The notes under the pieces are model-generated. The model did not search any database, had not been told where the DNA came from, and saw only the letters and a program-made list of their open reading frames with translations. From assembly GCA_965222225.1 (NCBI GenBank), contig CBDCTK010000002.1, forward strand, positions 2,848,001 through 2,912,000: a stretch of 64,000 nt of DNA. The letters are read 5' to 3'. A program made the position numbers and the translations under genes. Shown here piece after piece: positions 61,291 through 64,000 of this stretch. Numbering within the stretch: the stretch's first letter is position 1; each line of letters begins with the position of its first letter. This stretch comes from Candidatus Poribacteria bacterium. Lineage in GTDB: Bacteria; Poribacteria; WGA-4E; JAJDTR01.

Positions 61291-62929
61291 TTGATTATTC
61301 TGGATAATCATATTACCGATCTCCGTCCGCTTTCTAACCTTACAGAACTTGTTGAACTCAATGCACGAGATAATCCCATATCCGATGTGTCTCCCGTATC
61401 CAACTTGCGTAAACTGAAGTACCTCGATTTGAGCCGATGTAATATCGTTGATTTGCAACCACTTGCAGACCTCACACAGTTACACGTGTTGCAACTAAAT
61501 CACAACAACATTGTGGATATACGACCGCTTGCTTCGCTGACGAGGCCCTATAAACTTGAATTACAGCACAACATTATCACCGATTTTAGTCCGGTTTCCC
61601 ATCTCGCACTCGACACATTCTATTTCGATCAATATTGCATTTTACCGCGTCTGCCGCTCTTACCCCGTTTAACCGGGATGACCTTCTCTACCGTATTTAT
61701 GCCTACGTGGTTCATGCCTCACGATTCCGGCAGCCATATGCCTTTTAGTCCCGCAGACCAGTTTTTTGACATGGCCTATCGTTCTGCCGACAGTCAATTA
61801 GTTTCAGATAATCTCTATAATTCTATTGCAATCCGTGACGCCATCATCGCAAATAATCCTACTACAGTTTTTCTCGCCTACCTCCCTTGGCACAAAGCAT
61901 ATTTTACCCAATTACCCAAACATTCCATGTTATGGGCTCGCAACATCAGCGGCGAATTGCTCCTTCAAGATTTCGCCACCGGCGCCTATCTCGATTACAC
62001 CAACCCACTCGCGCGAGCCCTTGTCGTTAAAATGGCATCTGACATCGATAAATGCGGACTATACGACGGCATTGTACTCGACGCCTGGGGCTACGATTTG
62101 TTGCCGACGGATGTTTACAGTTCCGAATCGCAAACAGCCGCCCGCCTCGCTCTCGTAAAAGAAATTCGTGCCGCCACACGCCCAAATTTTTTAATACAAG
62201 TCAATTCGAATAGAAATCGTATCCCCGACACAGCACTGTATATCAACGGTCTCTCAATGGAAACCGGCATTCCCGGTTGGTTTGATGAGACCGACGTGCA
62301 TCTCGCCCTGCGTGAAACTGCACACGCACTACTTTGGGCTGAATCTAACCTTCGTTATCCACAAATAAACGGTGTGGTTGGTTGGGCTATACTCAGTCAA
62401 TCTCCCCACAGCCTCGAAAATCAACGTTGGATGCGTCTTCTTACAGCTTTAACGCTTACTCATTCTAACGGCTTTACGTTGTACCAGCACGGTCCAAATA
62501 CCTGGTATGACTTTTGGGATGCGGACTTAGGGCGTCCAGTGGGGGAGAAGGCACAGGTGTACGAGGGGCGATCAAGCGAGGGGACAGCGAGTGCGATAGA
62601 GATCCCAGGGCTTTATTCGCGAGTACACGAATGGATGGGCAGTGTACAATCATAGCGGGGCGCCACAGGTCATCACATTGCCGGAGGAGGTGCAGGGGGT
62701 AGCCAGCGGACTAGTAAACGTAGAGCATGCGCTGCCGAACCTCGACGGCGAGATGTATTTGCGGGTGACGCCGAAGAATCCGGCGGATGTGAACGGGGAC
62801 GGGGTGGTGAATATTTTGGACTTAACGCTGGTGGCGCAGGGATTTGGGACGGATAGTTTGAAGGGGGATGTGAATGGGGATGGGGTGGTGAATGTGTTTG
62901 ATTTGGTGTTTGTGGCGAACCAGTTCTGA
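61291..62929 (+). pseudogene. LRR + GH-like domain + dockerin/EF-hand protein; 5'-truncated by the IS and frameshifted near 62607-62618
   Basis: Internalin-like LRRs (N.ITDLRPLSNLTEL), CGLYDGIVLD, WDADLGRPVGEK, REYTNGWAVYN, two DVNGDGVVN repeats. Confidence 0.85.
62570..62606 (+). repeat. 37-nt micro-element inside the LRR-dockerin CDS
   Basis: GATCAAGCGAGGGGACAGCGAGTGCGATAGAGATCCC, 3 mismatches to consensus. Confidence 0.85.
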
Positions 62930-63070
62930 ATCACGGATTAAACGGATTACGCGGATTAGAGGCGGACAATCCTATAATCCACGACAGTTTTGAAATCCTG
63001 AAGCCAACGCATACGCATAATTAGGCAACTGACGCCGGTTGCATCGAAGACAATTGGTCGAATTCAATCA

Positions 63071-63142
63071 GATCAAGCGAACGATCAAGGAAGCGAATAG
63101 CGACCGCGATAGAGATCTTCTAGTGAGTGCGATAGCAAATCC
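63071..63142 (+). repeat. Nested micro-element pair
   Basis: GATCAAGCGAAC[GATCAAGGAAGCGAATAGCGACCGCGATAGAGATCTTC]TAGTGAGTGCGATAGCAAATCC. Confidence 0.8.
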
Positions 63143-63184
63143 GCGAAATCCTTTAATCCGCGAAAATCCGCGATTCAGACAATC

Positions 63185-63280
63185 GCGCAGGGGTTCGGGA
63201 CGGATAGTTTGAAGGGGGACGTGAATGGGGAGGGGGTTGTGAATGTGTTTGGCTTGGTGTTTGTGGCAAACCAATTCTGA
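63185..63280 (+). repeat. 96-bp diverged duplicate of the dockerin-coding 3' end (62834-62929)
   Basis: Collinear including the TGA; 9 substitutions, mostly at codon position 3. Confidence 0.85.
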
Positions 63281-63306
63281 TAACGGTGATTCTCTTGAAT
63301 AGAATC

Positions 63307-64000
63307 TCAATCCCGCCTTCTTGATGGCGCTACCGGCACGCGAATATGCGCATTCGCCTCCAATAAGCTATCCGGATCCTCCTCTAGCTGCTTGAACGCC
63401 CGCCGCGTCCACACGTCTGCCTCCACAGCCCGATCTAGCAACGGCTGCTGCACCGTGTCCTGCTCCTCCGGACAGAGATGCCGCATCAGCGGTTGCAATT
63501 CGGTTGGCAGCGCGAGATATTCCGAGTGCGACAGTGGTTGACACACAGTATTGTTTATCCCGTGCGGGGCGTAGTCATCGACAGCAAACCACCAAGGGCA
63601 CCAACGGTTCACCACCGCAATCCGCTCCCGTCCGCTCGTGTTGTGCAGCGGCGAGGCGTGCCAACTGCGCGAGTCCTGAATGTAGACAGACCCCGCCGCA
63701 GCCGTAATCTGCATATCCCCGGGAATCGGCGCCGTGCACGTGATACCGTCGGAAGCTCCGCGGGGGTTTCGTGTGTCTTTGTGAGATCCGGGAACCACCC
63801 AGGTTCCGCCCGAGTCTTCATCCACATCCGTCAGATACCAAATCAGCACCAAACACATGGCGACATCGGGGAACGGCTGGCGGATACAGCCGATGTTTCT
63901 GCCGGGATCGCCCCTGCCGTAGGCTGTCAGGTCATGAGGCCAATCCGTGTGCCATTCGCGCGTGTCGGGTCTGCCTCGGCGGTGAGCCGCACCGAAACCG
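63307..64000 (-). CDS. PhyH-family dioxygenase (runs off the right edge)
   Basis: WHTDWPHD upstream of the track start; GGTWVVPGSH, DSRSWH. Confidence 0.85.
   Translation of the reverse strand, partial: GFGAAHRRGRPDTREWHTDWPHDLTAYGRGDPGRNIGCIRQPFPDVAMCLVLIWYLTDVDEDSGGTWVVPGSHKDTRNPRGASDGITCTAPIPGDMQITAAAGSVYIQDSRSWHASPLHNTSGRERIAVVNRWCPWWFAVDDYAPHGINNTVCQPLSHSEYLALPTELQPLMRHLCPEEQDTVQQPLLDRAVEADVWTRRAFKQLEEDPDSLLEANAHIRVPVAPSRRRD

Noticed and set aside
62834-63280. Possible DGR template/variable repeat pair
   Set aside because: Differences are not adenine-specific on either strand, are mostly synonymous, and no reverse transcriptase is present in the window.

Overview
Bacterial chromosomal window of moderate GC. 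The gene repertoire is most like Candidatus Poribacteria (sponge symbionts); this is an inference, not a database result. It includes LamG proteins ending in a TTWGxIK motif, a secreted WD40 protein, several PhyH dioxygenases, an LRR-dockerin protein and an ECF sigma with a long extracytoplasmic extension. Layout: (1) 1-33.5 kb accessory and catabolic genes (PQQ propeller, acyl-CoA ligase, M24 peptidase, thiolase/DUF35, dehydrogenases, GH127-like, LamG cluster, vWA, TonB-dependent receptor). (2) 33.9-49.6 kb core block rpsF-ssb-rpsR-rplI-dnaB-mlaE-mlaF-mlaD-radA-PIN/TRAM-ispD-ispF-cysS-two lipoproteins-dprA-accA. (3) 49.9-64 kb accessory genes, including a strongly degenerate EF-Tu paralogue, two LivJ-like binding proteins, and an IS1595 element joining two truncated genes. 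No rRNA, tRNA or CRISPR array was seen. The most striking unexplained signal is a 37-38 nt non-palindromic micro-element (consensus GATCAAGCGAGCGAATAGCGAGTGCGATAGAGATCCC), with 11 full and 6 split copies. It inserts without target duplication into GTAG-type REP hairpins, into older copies of itself and into a CDS. It is always on the same strand as its REP or module host and usually deletes a few target bases.
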